Assembly (NCBI GenBank): GCA_030950485.1
Contig: JAUZRK010000001.1
Coordinates: 39,998 to 103,997, forward strand
Direction of reading: 5' to 3'
Source: Candidatus Dojkabacteria bacterium
Lineage (GTDB): Bacteria > Patescibacteriota > Dojkabacteria > J137
Length of the DNA stretch: 64,000 nucleotides
The notes under the pieces are model-generated. The model was given only the letters and a program-made list of their open reading frames with translations. It was not told where the DNA came from and did no database searches. This document shows positions 9,591 to 19,281 of this stretch, one piece after another (the first letter of the stretch is position 1; every line of letters begins with the position of its first letter). The position numbers were made by a program, and so were the translations under genes.

Positions 9591-9616
9591 AGAGGAGGCT
9601 TAACTAAACCTCCTCT
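9591..9616. other. GC-rich hairpin (AGAGGAGG..CCTCCTCT) between the convergent small ORF and tyrS; lacks a U-tract
   Basis: 8-bp perfect stem and 10-nt loop. No T-run on either strand, so it may not be a classical intrinsic terminator. Confidence 0.4.
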
Positions 9617-9625
9617 ATAACTATA

Positions 9626-11452
9626 TTATCTAGTAACCTGATAGCTCTGCACTCTTTCCAATAACTCTTTTGCTTCATTATTATTAGTAAAATGAGCCCT
9701 TACTGGCGTTAGCAATTTATTTAAATACTTAATTACTGCAAGTTTTAGATCAAGTGGGAATAATACACCTTTCCTAAATGATTCCTCTAGTTCTTGATAA
9801 GTATTGTATGAGACATCTCCTCCAAATTTATCTTCTCTTTCTACTTTAAATACTCCATCCTCTAATAGTGATTCTTGTAATTTAAGATGGTGTGCTTCAA
9901 AAATAATTTGTTTACAGTATCCAAGAATTGGATTATCAGATATTTCTTCAGGCGGACAATAAGCTGCCATTATCTTTCTTTTTACATCTTCTTCTGAATC
10001 AGTCATAAAGATAGCAGTATCAGGCTTTGACTTAGACATTTTTTGAGAAATCTTAGCTGCCTCTGGGTCTTCATGGTACCTAACTTCTATCTCTGGTAAA
10101 TTATCCTCTTTATTTCTACCTACAAACTTAAAATCTACACCAAATTTAGTAACCGAATCATTCTCAATCAAACTAATAAGTTCTAATCTTCCTTTCCCAA
10201 TAGAAGAAACATTAAACTGAATTCCCTCTTCATTGCCTTGACCAAATTCAATATGATACTGAGATGAACCTAGTCTTAATTCTTGCCTCCCTTCTTTTAG
10301 CTTTATTAGCTTAATACTCTTTTGCATTGGCTTTTGCAACCCTTGAAGCATTCCATGACTAACAACAACAGGCTTCCAGTAGCCTACACTTGGACCAACT
10401 TCTCTTGCAAGCATGTTAACTTTTCTCTGATCCATTCCAAGCTCTGTAACTTGACACTTCATGACATGAAAAATATCAGTAGTCTGCATACAAGGATAGA
10501 TAATTTGAGCTCCCGAAAGATCATCATCTTCAGATCTACCCATTATCTCTGTTGTTCTTAGAATTCGTTTTAGTGTTGCAGATTTAGAAACCTTCATAAC
10601 TATTTCCCAATACTTAGGATCTTTAATTACATCACTAGTCCAAATAAATTCAGTATTATCTAAATCCATCCCTGATGCTTTCCAGATTTCAATAAAATAT
10701 TTACCGACATCTTTTATTTTTTCAAGATCTCCTCCCATCTTATTGTTTAAATATCCAAACCAATCTGCAACATACATCCTAAATGTAAAGCCAGCCTTAA
10801 TCATTTTATTCGTGTTTATAGCTCTAATGATTCCCTGAGCAATATGCATTTGTCCAGAAGGCTCAAATCCATCATAAGTATATAGATCTTCGCCAGAGGT
10901 CAAAATTCCAGCTAATTGATCTTCACCTATAACTTCTCCTCCAGTTTCTTCAGATCCTACAGACATAATTAAGTCTATTCTCTCTTGTAATTTAGGTGTA
11001 ATCTCAATCTCTTGGTACTGATTAAAAGCTCCAATATAGAAACTTTCTTTAGTTGCATCTAATATACTTTTACCTATTGCATCATCAATACTCATTTCTA
11101 ATTCACTTCCTTCAATCACTCTAATCCTAGTATGATCTTCACTTGTACCTATTTCATCTTCAGCTAATATCATTCCTTCAGAATCAACTCCCCTTAATGG
11201 TCTCTTTTCTAATTTAATTTCTTTCCCTTCTTTAAATAAGAATCCAGGAACTACCTCGCCAACACCTAAAAATGGTACTAGATCACCTGGTTTAAAATTA
11301 GAAGCACCTGTAACAATCTGAAATTCTTTATCTCCATCAGTTATTTGAACAACTAGCAATCTATCTGCATTTTCATGCTTCTCTACTGATAAAACTTTTG
11401 CGATTTTTATTTTTTCTAAGAGTTCTGTAATTCTTTCTTTTCTAAATTTCAT
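9626..11452 (-). CDS. tyrS: Tyrosine--tRNA ligase, archaeal/eukaryotic type, with an N-terminal Trbp111/EMAP-like tRNA-binding domain
   Basis: Class I motifs FEPSGQMHIAQG (HIGH-like) and KMSKS. Core resembles eukaryotic/archaeal TyrRS (MYVADWFGYLNNK.., ..SGAQIIYPCMQTTDIFHVMKCQVTELGMDQRKVNMLARE). The first roughly 110 aa (KIKIAKVLSVEKHENADRLLVVQITDGDKEFQIVTGASNF) match the Trbp111/CsaA/MetRS-C tRNA-binding fold. Confidence 0.8.
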   Translation of the reverse strand: MKFRKERITELLEKIKIAKVLSVEKHENADRLLVVQITDGDKEFQIVTGASNFKPGDLVPFLGVGEVVPGFLFKEGKEIKLEKRPLRGVDSEGMILAEDEIGTSEDHTRIRVIEGSELEMSIDDAIGKSILDATKESFYIGAFNQYQEIEITPKLQERIDLIMSVGSEETGGEVIGEDQLAGILTSGEDLYTYDGFEPSGQMHIAQGIIRAINTNKMIKAGFTFRMYVADWFGYLNNKMGGDLEKIKDVGKYFIEIWKASGMDLDNTEFIWTSDVIKDPKYWEIVMKVSKSATLKRILRTTEIMGRSEDDDLSGAQIIYPCMQTTDIFHVMKCQVTELGMDQRKVNMLAREVGPSVGYWKPVVVSHGMLQGLQKPMQKSIKLIKLKEGRQELRLGSSQYHIEFGQGNEEGIQFNVSSIGKGRLELISLIENDSVTKFGVDFKFVGRNKEDNLPEIEVRYHEDPEAAKISQKMSKSKPDTAIFMTDSEEDVKRKIMAAYCPPEEISDNPILGYCKQIIFEAHHLKLQESLLEDGVFKVEREDKFGGDVSYNTYQELEESFRKGVLFPLDLKLAVIKYLNKLLTPVRAHFTNNNEAKELLERVQSYQVTR

Positions 11453-11610
11453 TTTTAATGAGTTAATATAAATAATAAAAAAATCCCTACTGGGATTTCA
11501 AAAATTCGTAAGTATCCCGGACTTAATAAAGATAAGACATGTAATAATATGTATTTGAAAATGTTTTAATATTCAACATGACTTGATTATCGCATAATTT
11601 ACAGAAATTA

Positions 11611-12753
11611 TTAACTCTCTTTATTCATTAATAGAATAATTTTCTGACAGTTTCTCTTGCTAATATCCAGGTCTTTGTACTTTTCAATAATTTCTACTAC
11701 TTCATTTCTAATTTCTTCCGGAATTCTTTTTAGCATGCTAGCCATTTCTACTTCCATTTGCTGCCTAATTTGTTGAGCTATTATTCCTCCAGCCTCAGAA
11801 GCATTAGAATAATCATTTTCAGGTTCTTGAACCCAGCCGATAACTTCAGCCCTTCGAAATTTCCTTCGGATAGAATAATCTTGAATTAATCCGCTATATC
11901 TAAGCTGATGAGTAGCTATCTCTACACCTAACGACATGTTTTGCGCTATTAGATTTAAAATCTCAGCAACTGTAGCTTCAGATAAACCTCTCATCTGAGT
12001 TATATTAACCAATTCATCAATTAGAACTGGATGTTCATCTAATACACTTACTCGAGCTAAATCATCTAAAGTTCTTTTAGCCAATCTAGATTTTGTTGAC
12101 CGAATAGATATTTCTCTTGCTCTAATAAACATATCATCTTCTCCTTCTACTTTCCTAGAGATAAACTTATACAAGCTACTCTCTATAATCCCTAGCTTCT
12201 TAGCTACCATTTGTACAGACATATCTAAGAGTAAGAATTCTAATATTTGATCATTATATTCATCAAACTGACTTTTTCCTTTCCTTGCAGCAGCGCTTCT
12301 CTCCGCTGCTTTCCTCCTACTCTCAGGCTTTGCTAATGTCCGTTTTGTAATAACATCATTTCTATCATCTATTTGTACTTGAGTAGCAAAGTTATGAGTT
12401 TTAATAATAGAATTTTGAATCTCATACATAATCGTATAAACGGCAGCTGTGAATAAATTATCACTATATGCAGGATTCATAGTAGCGTTTAATTCATCTA
12501 TAACCTTCTGTATATAATCTGGAGCATCAGTTATCAATAGAATTTGTTCTAATTTTGCTGAACTATTAGAACCTTCAGGATCTATAAAATACAGTAAGAC
12601 ATTCTTGATTCTTTCAAAATTATCACTTTGATCATCTAGAATTATTGTATTCCAGACATCTTCTGAAATATCTCTATTAGATACAATCTCTTTTACAATT
12701 CCAACTGAGGACTCTCGTGCCCTATCCCAAGCAAATTTTTCATTTGACTGCAT
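11611..12753 (-). CDS. Hypothetical protein with a putative internal HTH (380 aa)
   Basis: Complete ORF with an HTH-like segment (MSVQMVAKKLGIIESSLYKFISRK). No confident family assignment. Confidence 0.4.
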   Translation of the reverse strand: MQSNEKFAWDRARESSVGIVKEIVSNRDISEDVWNTIILDDQSDNFERIKNVLLYFIDPEGSNSSAKLEQILLITDAPDYIQKVIDELNATMNPAYSDNLFTAAVYTIMYEIQNSIIKTHNFATQVQIDDRNDVITKRTLAKPESRRKAAERSAAARKGKSQFDEYNDQILEFLLLDMSVQMVAKKLGIIESSLYKFISRKVEGEDDMFIRAREISIRSTKSRLAKRTLDDLARVSVLDEHPVLIDELVNITQMRGLSEATVAEILNLIAQNMSLGVEIATHQLRYSGLIQDYSIRRKFRRAEVIGWVQEPENDYSNASEAGGIIAQQIRQQMEVEMASMLKRIPEEIRNEVVEIIEKYKDLDISKRNCQKIILLMNKES

Positions 12754-12865
12754 TCCCTTTTATCTTCATTAATTGTACTGCTATTACTCATAATGAAGGA
12801 TTATAGTATCCTCTTTAAAATGCCTTGATTTACTTCCGTTAACTAGTCTGCTATTATTAACCCCG

Positions 12866-13153
12866 ATGAAGAAAGAAGACAAAATCGAATCAGAAAAAAA
12901 GGTTGTAGCAGAAGGAGAAGTAAAAGAAATTTTACCTGGATTAAAATATCTAGTTGAGGTTGATTTTAAAGGTATCAAACATAAAGTTATCTGCTATGTA
13001 TCAGGAAAAATGAGAACTCATTATATCCAATTAGCATTAGGAGATTTAGTTAGAGTTGAAATTCCTCTATCAGATATAGATAAAGGAAGAATAGTTTACA
13101 GAATAACAAATAAAAACCCCCGAAGTGCCCCTCCAAGAAGACCTAAGAAATAA
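12866..13153 (+). CDS. infA: Translation initiation factor IF-1 (S1-like OB fold) with a short basic/Pro-rich C-terminal extension
   Basis: ..GEVKEILPGLKYLVEVDFKGIKHKVICYVSGKMRTHYIQLALGDLVRVEIPLSDIDKGRIVYRI.. matches IF-1. Extra tail NKNPRSAPPRRPKK. Confidence 0.8.
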   Translation: MKKEDKIESEKKVVAEGEVKEILPGLKYLVEVDFKGIKHKVICYVSGKMRTHYIQLALGDLVRVEIPLSDIDKGRIVYRITNKNPRSAPPRRPKK

Positions 13154-13254
13154 TTAGTAGCTTTACTAATATATTAAATTCAAACTTATACTCCCCCATT
13201 AAATTGCATAATACACGCTTTTAGCCATATAATGCATTCAGATTAATTATAAAC

Positions 13255-13914
13255 ATGGGACTACTTAGCTATAAAAACAAGACTAGTTTGAAGAATCGAA
13301 TACTAAACAACGCCAAATTTAATAAAGTCATATTCTATTTAACATTTTCAGATATTTTTAACTGGGGAGCTATTGATGTAATTAATAGTTTAGTTGGTAT
13401 ATTTATCGCAGAAAAGTTCGGAGATAGTGCTATTGAATATGTTGGTATTGGTTTTGCAATAATAAATATAACTAAAGCTTCACTTCAAATCCCTATTGGA
13501 TTATTGGTAGATAAAATAGCAGGAAATAAAGATGAAATAGTATTTTTAATATTTGGAAGTATTTTTATAGGTATCCCCTTCTTACTATATCCATTAATCA
13601 CAACAAAATATCAGTTTTTCATACTTCAAGCTTGTATTGGAGTCGGAATGTCACTTAATCTTATAAGTTGGCGTAAACTATTTGCCTTAAATCTCGATAA
13701 AGGAAATGAGGGGATAGAATATGGAGTCTACGATACAATTTATAGTATTTCAGTTGCCCTTTTAAGTTTTATTGCTGGAATGGTAGCTGGAATAAACAAT
13801 ACATTTTTCAATACAACTGTTGTGACATTTGGTATTATTGTAATATTAAGTTCCCTTTGGGCAATTCTAATTGCCAAGGAGTTAAAAAAACATAGCATAA
13901 ACCATAAACTATAA
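13255..13914 (+). CDS. Polytopic membrane protein (hypothetical; possibly a short MFS-like half-transporter)
   Basis: 219 aa with about 6 hydrophobic segments. Stop overlaps the next ORF start (TAATGA), implying an operon. Confidence 0.4.
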   Translation: MGLLSYKNKTSLKNRILNNAKFNKVIFYLTFSDIFNWGAIDVINSLVGIFIAEKFGDSAIEYVGIGFAIINITKASLQIPIGLLVDKIAGNKDEIVFLIFGSIFIGIPFLLYPLITTKYQFFILQACIGVGMSLNLISWRKLFALNLDKGNEGIEYGVYDTIYSISVALLSFIAGMVAGINNTFFNTTVVTFGIIVILSSLWAILIAKELKKHSINHKL

Positions 13915-14480
13915 TGAAAATCTATTATTCATCTTCAACAGCAAATTTTATCAGTAACGAGACTGAACTTAAGGAGATCCAAAAAAATATAGAGGGAAGA
14001 AATCATGAGGTAATGAATAGCTGGCTTATAAAAAAATTACATAAGGAGAAAAATAAGCTTAGTTCTAAAGAAAGATTGAAGGAGAATAAAAAAATGATAC
14101 TTAATTCAGATGCTATGGTTCTAGAAGTAACTACACCATCAATAGGTATCGGATATGTATTTGGATACGCACTTGCACATAGAAAGCCGATACTCTGTCT
14201 TTATAAAGATAAATTTAATGATGAAGAAATATCTGAAGTAATCAAAGGTGAATCTTCTTCATTAATTTTCTTAAAAAACTATAATAACGAGAGTATAGGA
14301 AACATATTAGATAAATTTTTCGAAAATTTGGAACTACATAAACTTCAAAAGTTTAATTTCGTAGCATCAAAAGAGATAGTAGACTTTATTAAACAAGGTG
14401 CAGAAAAAGAAAGAAAGTCAGCTTCTGAATTTCTAAGAGACCTTATAGCAGATAATTTCATAAGACAAATAAATTCTTGA
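13914..14480 (+). CDS. Nucleoside 2-deoxyribosyltransferase-like protein (hypothetical)
   Basis: Core ..DAMVLEVTTPSIGIGYVFGYALAHRKPILCLY.. resembles the nucleoside 2-deoxyribosyltransferase/LOG-like Rossmann family. Weak. Confidence 0.3.
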   Translation: MKIYYSSSTANFISNETELKEIQKNIEGRNHEVMNSWLIKKLHKEKNKLSSKERLKENKKMILNSDAMVLEVTTPSIGIGYVFGYALAHRKPILCLYKDKFNDEEISEVIKGESSSLIFLKNYNNESIGNILDKFFENLELHKLQKFNFVASKEIVDFIKQGAEKERKSASEFLRDLIADNFIRQINS

Positions 14481-14731
14481 TAATGCAAACAGCTATTTAT
14501 ATAATCTTTTTATAGATGGCGCAATGGCGTAATATGAAAATAGATTAAAATACATTCAACTTTGCATTAATAAGCTAGAGGAACAGTTACAAATATTTGA
14601 AATAAATCCTTCAGATCTTACACTTGACTGGAGTAAATACGTAATTCTTGAAGAAAAACTTGAAATGTTAAAGAAAGAAGAAAGAGAGTTAACAAGACAT
14701 AACCGTTATCTAAGTATTAATAGTATCTCCG

Positions 14732-14941
14732 ATGGCAAAAGCTGATGATCTTATGCAAATACTTCTTCAAGATACTACTTCTACTGAAGTAGAAACTTTT
14801 ATCAAAGAAATTCGAACTGAGGGTGAAGTAACTTATACTCCGGATATGCTTAGAATCTATATGGCTGTAACAGGTAGAGAATTCATCAGTGAGGAACATG
14901 CAGACCCAGAGGGTGAAATTCAGGCTATACTCGAAGCTTAG
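14732..14941 (+). CDS. Small hypothetical protein (69 aa)
   Basis: Complete ORF upstream of fni. No domain recognised. Confidence 0.25.
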   Translation: MAKADDLMQILLQDTTSTEVETFIKEIRTEGEVTYTPDMLRIYMAVTGREFISEEHADPEGEIQAILEA

Positions 14942-14973
14942 TTCAATTTATTTAACTATTAATTTTATACTTA

Positions 14974-15231
14974 ATGGCAACAGGAACAAGCTTAAATCTA
15001 CACGAAGAGATTGAGTCATATAAAATTCAATTATCTACTTATGATGAAAAAATCTTAGAGGAATGGCAAAGATTAGATAGTGCAAGGGATGCAGCTTGGA
15101 ATGCAAATGGCGAGTATATATTAGCAAGAATGGAGAAAATTAGACCAGAAGTAGAAAGAATACAAGCTGAAGTAAACTACGCTTTTAATAACAGTAATCC
15201 CGTAGATGACTCTCTAGAGTTAGAATCTTAA
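14974..15231 (+). CDS. Small hypothetical protein (85 aa)
   Basis: Complete ORF upstream of fni. No domain recognised. Confidence 0.25.
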   Translation: MATGTSLNLHEEIESYKIQLSTYDEKILEEWQRLDSARDAAWNANGEYILARMEKIRPEVERIQAEVNYAFNNSNPVDDSLELES

Positions 15232-15270
15232 AAGTACTGCATAAAGTCTATATTCATAGTAAAATCTACT

Positions 15271-16272
15271 ATGTCTCAAATACAAGATAGAAAAAAAGAT
15301 CACATAAACATTGTCTTAAACAAAGATGTAGAACCAAACGACTCAAGTTTTACAAAATATAGACTTCCGTATAAATCATTTCCAGAAATAGACTTTGAAA
15401 AGATAGATACGACTGTTGATCTATTTGATAAAAAACTTTCTTTTCCATTCATAATTTCTTCAATGACTGGTGGAGAAAAACTAGGAACGGTAATAAATAA
15501 AAATATTGCAATTGCAGCTGAAAAGGCAGGAGTAGCTTTTGGGCTAGGTTCAATGAGGGTGATACTAAGAAAACCAGAATCTTTAAAGACATTTAATGTT
15601 CGTAAAGACTGCCCTACTATCCCAATGTATGCAAATTTTGGTGTAGTTCAATTAAATTATGGCTATGGGGCTGATGATATAAATAAAATTATAGATTTAG
15701 TTGAAGCAGATGGAATTTTTTTACATGTAAATCCAATACAAGAAATTATCCAACCTGAAGGAGATAAAAACTGGGAAGGTTTATTATTAAAACTTTCTAA
15801 AATCATACCTAAAATCAAAGGAAATGTAATTTTAAAAGAAACTGGTCATGGAATTGATTTTGCCTCAGCAAAAAAATTAGCAGAAATGGGAGTTAAATGG
15901 ATTGATGTATCAGGTAGTGGTGGAACATCTTGGGCAAATGTAGAAGCTTATCGAAGAATTGATGACATCGGCCATCTTTTCAAAGCTGAAGGAATTCCAA
16001 CCGATGAACTGCTTAAATCGCATTCTAAGATAAAAGGCTTAAATTTAATCGCAGGAGGAGGAATTAGAAACGGTAAAGATGTAGCAAAATCTATAGCACT
16101 TGGTGCAAAAATAGCTACAGCAGCAAAGCCTCTTCTAGCAGACGCACTTAAAAGTGATGAAAAAGTTTTTGAGACATTACAAAAACTAAAAACAGAGCTT
16201 AAAATTGCTATGTTCATAACAGGAGCAAAAAATTTAAATGAGCTAAGTAAAATCAAACTAACAGAAGCATAA
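15271..16272 (+). CDS. fni: Isopentenyl-diphosphate delta-isomerase, type 2 (FMN-dependent)
   Basis: ..KKDHINIVL.., ..FPFIISSMTGGEKLGTVINKNIAIAAEKAGVAFGLGSMRV.., TIM-barrel IDI-2 pattern. 333 aa. Confidence 0.8.
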   Translation: MSQIQDRKKDHINIVLNKDVEPNDSSFTKYRLPYKSFPEIDFEKIDTTVDLFDKKLSFPFIISSMTGGEKLGTVINKNIAIAAEKAGVAFGLGSMRVILRKPESLKTFNVRKDCPTIPMYANFGVVQLNYGYGADDINKIIDLVEADGIFLHVNPIQEIIQPEGDKNWEGLLLKLSKIIPKIKGNVILKETGHGIDFASAKKLAEMGVKWIDVSGSGGTSWANVEAYRRIDDIGHLFKAEGIPTDELLKSHSKIKGLNLIAGGGIRNGKDVAKSIALGAKIATAAKPLLADALKSDEKVFETLQKLKTELKIAMFITGAKNLNELSKIKLTEA

Positions 16273-16373
16273 ACCATTTAAAACTAAAAGTATTGTCTAG
16301 ATATTGATTCATTTTAAAATTTTTCAGCTTTAAGCTTTCTATTCATACACCCCGCTATGTTAAAATATTCATC

Positions 16374-17432
16374 ATGAAAATTATTAAGTCTGATAGTAGT
16401 CAAACAATTAAAGAAGCTGTTAAAACCTTAAAAGCTGGTGGCATTTTAATATATCCTACCGAAACCTGTTATGGTGTTGGCGTAGATGCAACTAATATTG
16501 AAGCTGTAACAAATGTCTTAGAATATAAGAAACGTCCTGCTGGAAAACCAATATCAGTTGGTATATCTTCTCTAGAAATGGCAAAAGAATATGTTGAAAT
16601 AAATAAAAATGCGGAGAACATTTATAATGAGTTGCTACCCGGACCAATAACAGTTGTATCTAAATCACTAAAAAAAGTCGATGTTAGACTTGAGTCTGAA
16701 AATGGAAACTTAGGTATAAGATATTCTAGTAATAAATTGCTCCAGAAAATAATCAATGAGTTTGGAAAGCCAATAACAACAACATCTGCTAATACAAACG
16801 GTAAGAAAACACCCTACTCTGTTGATGATATTCTTAATAATATTAATGAAAAACAAAAAGAATTAATTGGTTTAATAATTGATTTTGGTGAATTACCAAA
16901 AAATAAGCCTTCAACGGTAATTGATACTACAACTGATAAACTTAAGACCTATAGGGGTGGTGACGTAAATATTAAAGAAGACTCTAGAAAAGTAACAACT
17001 AATAGCTACGAAGAAACAATTAAGCTTGGATCGGAGCTGATGTCAGAAAACATAAATTCACTTAAAGACACTGCTCTTCTATTTAAACTTAGCGGTGACT
17101 TAGGTGCTGGGAAAACCCACTTTGTTAAAGGTATAGCCAGAGCATTGGAAGTTGAGAAAAACATTAAGTCTCCTACTTATACCTATGTTTCAGAATATAA
17201 GCTTGAAAATAAAAATAAGTTATACCATCTAGATGCTTGGAGGCTTAAAAGTGCACTCGATGTAGAAGCATTAGAAATCGGATCCTGGTTTAAAAAAGGT
17301 AATGTTATTGCAATTGAGTGGCCTGGTGTATTGAAGCAATTAGAATTTGATTTCAAATCAAACAGTAAGATTATAGAAATTTTTATAACTGCGCCAACTA
17401 AAGAGAAAAGGAATTTCATAATCAATGACTAA
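16374..17432 (+). CDS. TsaC/YrdC (threonylcarbamoyl-AMP synthase) fused to TsaE/YjeE (t6A ATPase) - bifunctional t6A biosynthesis protein
   Basis: N-terminal YrdC fold (..GGILIYPTETCYGVGVDATN..KRPAGKPISV..). C-terminal TsaE (..LSGDLGAGKTHFVKGIARAL..SPTYTYVSEY..LYHLDAWRL..VIAIEWP). Confidence 0.75.
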   Translation: MKIIKSDSSQTIKEAVKTLKAGGILIYPTETCYGVGVDATNIEAVTNVLEYKKRPAGKPISVGISSLEMAKEYVEINKNAENIYNELLPGPITVVSKSLKKVDVRLESENGNLGIRYSSNKLLQKIINEFGKPITTTSANTNGKKTPYSVDDILNNINEKQKELIGLIIDFGELPKNKPSTVIDTTTDKLKTYRGGDVNIKEDSRKVTTNSYEETIKLGSELMSENINSLKDTALLFKLSGDLGAGKTHFVKGIARALEVEKNIKSPTYTYVSEYKLENKNKLYHLDAWRLKSALDVEALEIGSWFKKGNVIAIEWPGVLKQLEFDFKSNSKIIEIFITAPTKEKRNFIIND

Positions 17433-17491
17433 GCTTTTTGGTAGGCAGTATTCAATCTAATATGCTATAATATTATAGAATATTAAGTTCT

Positions 17492-18523
17492 ATGAGCTTA
17501 AAAAATAAACTACAAAATACAGCGCACGAAGTCTACTCCGAAGCCGAACTTAGGTTTTTCGGATTTTTCGACAAGAAAAAAAATGATTTCGACCAATTCA
17601 GAATACACCCTGAAAATTTCCTTGAACAAATAGGATCTGCAAGAGTAGAAATGTTAAGAAGTATACTTAAGAAGATTGGATTCAAGTTCAACGAAAACTT
17701 TGTAGTAGACCTAACAATGCCTGGTAATGTTGGTGGTTATTTTGCTCCTAGCGCTAACTTACTTGCAATAAATCCTTGGTTACTTTTAGAAGGTACGGAG
17801 AGGCAAATCGCACATGTGCTTTTTCACGAAGGTCTTCACGCAGGAATATATGGAGATCCAATAATGGAGGAAACCATTGTTGAAACTCTGACTATTAGTA
17901 AAATTGAAGATATTTACGGGAAAGATGGCTTCCCATCAGGCTATATGACATTAGTAAAGTCATTTGAAGAGAATTTTGGTAAAACTAGCTTTGAAGAGTT
18001 AAAAGAAAAAATCGAGGGTGGAGATGAAAAAACTTTAGATAATCTTTTACAAATGTTGGTAATAGATAGAGAGCTTAGTAATAACGAAATAGATAGATTA
18101 AGCTGGGATAGTATTAGTAAGAGGTTAAAAAACAAATGGTCACTTATAGAAAAATTATTTCCAAGAATTGTAAACTCTATTGCTGGAAATGGAAAAGATC
18201 TACACGAGTCAGGAGATCTTAGTTTCTCTGATTACAAATTAGAAGGTTTACTTAACAATGCAGCGGATGAAATACTAAGTGGAGGTAGAGGGATGTTATT
18301 GGATCTTTTACTTAAGGTAACAAACTTTGGGAAAGCAAATTTAAATAAGCTTGATATTATCGCAGGTCTTAAAGATGAAGGTTATGCATATCTGTATGAC
18401 TATGATGCAGCGTTAGTTGAGAGAATTATAAACATGTATATAACTCAGGTTATGGTTGTAATTTTCAATAATCCAGAGGTCGAAGTAACTACTAATAATA
18501 TAATTTTAAAAGGTATTGCTTAG
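17492..18523 (+). CDS. Hypothetical protein with HExxH zinc-metallopeptidase-like motif
   Basis: HEGLH motif (..VLFHEGLHAG..). 343 aa. Overlaps the next ORF by 8 nt. Confidence 0.35.
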   Translation: MSLKNKLQNTAHEVYSEAELRFFGFFDKKKNDFDQFRIHPENFLEQIGSARVEMLRSILKKIGFKFNENFVVDLTMPGNVGGYFAPSANLLAINPWLLLEGTERQIAHVLFHEGLHAGIYGDPIMEETIVETLTISKIEDIYGKDGFPSGYMTLVKSFEENFGKTSFEELKEKIEGGDEKTLDNLLQMLVIDRELSNNEIDRLSWDSISKRLKNKWSLIEKLFPRIVNSIAGNGKDLHESGDLSFSDYKLEGLLNNAADEILSGGRGMLLDLLLKVTNFGKANLNKLDIIAGLKDEGYAYLYDYDAALVERIINMYITQVMVVIFNNPEVEVTTNNIILKGIA

Positions 18524-19277
18524 GATGAAAGATGATCTTTGGGTTAAAAGTAAATACTACCAATACTCTAAAAGTGCTCCTCTGCTAATTTATCTATCAG
18601 GCTGGGATATTAAAATGTGGTACCAAAGACCTCTATTTCGACATGTCAGCAAAAAAGGCTTTAATGTTTTAGCTTTTTCATATTCTAGAGATATTCTTAA
18701 ACCTAATCCAGATCCAAAGAAGCATTTCGAAAGATTTAAAACTATTTATGATCAGATTAAGAAAATTAGTGATCAATATATTGCAGATTCAACAGATCTA
18801 AATATAATAGGATCAAGCGTAGGCTCGACTCTAGGATTTATTCTAGGTAGCGAGTATTCTGATAAAACCAAAAATGTTGTTTTAAACTTGTATACCTCAG
18901 ATTTCGTTGAGTCTTTGTGGAAATGGAAAAAGGATATGTATAAGTTATTATCGAAAGACTTTGCCAAGCATGTTGAGAATAAGGATATCTATCTTAGCAC
19001 TGGTAAAAGTATTGATGACGCAAGAAAAGATTGGATATTTATGAGGCTACAAACTCATGTTAATAAGTATAATCCGAACAAAACAAAATTCTTACTGTAC
19101 TCATCTTTAAAAGATAAAATTATTCCATTCGAGAAAAATGATCAATTGGAGGAATCTTTAAAATCTGGTAACTTTAACTACAAAAGAATTATTAACAAAC
19201 AATCTAGAGGACATTTAACTGCTGGGTTTATTAACTTAATTAAAACTAATCAGTGGATTGAATTTTTAAAATCCTAG
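18516..19277 (+). CDS. Alpha/beta-hydrolase-like protein (GxSxG nucleophile elbow)
   Basis: ..IIGSSVGSTLGF.. GxSxG motif. 253 aa. Confidence 0.35.
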   Translation: MLRMKDDLWVKSKYYQYSKSAPLLIYLSGWDIKMWYQRPLFRHVSKKGFNVLAFSYSRDILKPNPDPKKHFERFKTIYDQIKKISDQYIADSTDLNIIGSSVGSTLGFILGSEYSDKTKNVVLNLYTSDFVESLWKWKKDMYKLLSKDFAKHVENKDIYLSTGKSIDDARKDWIFMRLQTHVNKYNPNKTKFLLYSSLKDKIIPFEKNDQLEESLKSGNFNYKRIINKQSRGHLTAGFINLIKTNQWIEFLKS

Positions 19278-19281
19278 ATTT

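Noticed and set aside
9591-9616. Hairpin AGAGGAGG..CCTCCTCT considered as an intrinsic terminator for tyrS or the small ORF
   Set aside because: No U-tract on either strand. Reported only as a hairpin of uncertain function.
10322-10561. 79-aa plus-strand ORF inside tyrS
   Set aside because: Antisense to a conserved aaRS. No start context or similarity.
12784-12978. 64-aa minus-strand ORF overlapping the infA start
   Set aside because: Overlaps the confidently identified IF-1 gene. No similarity.
14717-14899. 60-aa minus-strand ORF overlapping the 14732..14941 plus-strand ORF
   Set aside because: Both are weak. The plus-strand ORF is co-oriented with the downstream small ORF and fni, so it was kept (low confidence) and the antisense one dropped.
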